Of a stretch of DNA of 64,000 nucleotides, positions 63,586 to 64,000 are shown piece after piece. The notes under the pieces are model-generated. The model did no database searches. It was not told where the DNA came from and saw only the letters and a list, made by a program, of their open reading frames with translations. Within the stretch, counting starts at the first letter, position 1. Each line of letters opens with the position of its first letter. Position numbers and translations under genes: made by a program. The stretch lies in contig LSRY02000035.1 in assembly GCA_001643675.2 (NCBI GenBank), forward strand, positions 992,001 through 1,056,000, in the 5' to 3' direction. The stretch is from Monocercomonoides exilis PA203. Taxonomy: Eukaryota > Protista > Preaxostyla.

Positions 63586-63659
63586 TAGGTTAGGTTAGGG
63601 TTAGGGTTAGGGTTAGGGTTAGGGTTAGGGTTAGGGTTAGGGTTAGGGTTAGGGTTAGG
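63586..63659 (+). repeat. interstitial telomeric array: TAGG TTAGG (TTAGGG)10 TTAGG
   Basis: Seen directly. About 340 bp of non-telomeric sequence follows it in the window. Confidence 0.97.
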
Positions 63660-64000
63660 TTTTACAACTCTTCCCCTTTTATGCATCGAGTTGGAGAATA
63701 TTTTCATTATGAACGTTTAATTCACTCATGTAGCTATTTGTATGGAATATGATTTATTGGAATCTGTTGCATATCTCTGTAAAATTTTGATCCGAAAAGT
63801 GACCTTTTAGTATCATGTCGAAAAATGACATTTCTAAAAATGAGATTAACAACGATTTTGATGTGATCAAATATTCACATATGTCATGTGATTAACTGCA
63901 CATGAAACAGAATTTCGTTATGACCATTATTTGTCGAGTTATTGCGAAAACAAAAATTTCGATTTTTTGGTGTTTTTTTCCAAATTTGCAAAAATCCCTC

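Overview
AT-rich eukaryotic DNA using the standard genetic code, with short (about 50-85 nt) GT-AG introns. The three copies of a Lys/Glu-rich helical gene family resemble expansions I associate with the oxymonad Monocercomonoides; that organism call is an inference. The left half (7-27 kb) holds host genes: a very large WNK kinase arranged head-to-head with a hypothetical gene, a C2-domain protein, a TMEM62-like metallophosphoesterase and a coiled-coil protein. Around these lie an apparently intact, intron-containing DD35D pogo-like transposon (TIRs, TA target duplication), a Merlin remnant and fold-back MITEs. The right half is repeat-rich and looks subtelomeric. It contains a decayed but structurally complete DIRS retrotransposon (ITRs, ICR and a highly structured 3' segment), a second Merlin remnant, three tandem co-oriented genes of a Crypton-like tyrosine recombinase (YR) family and an interstitial (TTAGGG)10 array. 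The best candidate for an undescribed system is the third YR gene. It keeps all catalytic residues, is joined through a single +1 frameshift to a C-terminal Myb/SANT domain, and sits in a ~7.1 kb segment bounded by the same telomere-type 14-mer TTAGGTTAGGGTTA. This suggests a telomere-repeat-targeting YR-Myb mobile element, which remains a hypothesis.
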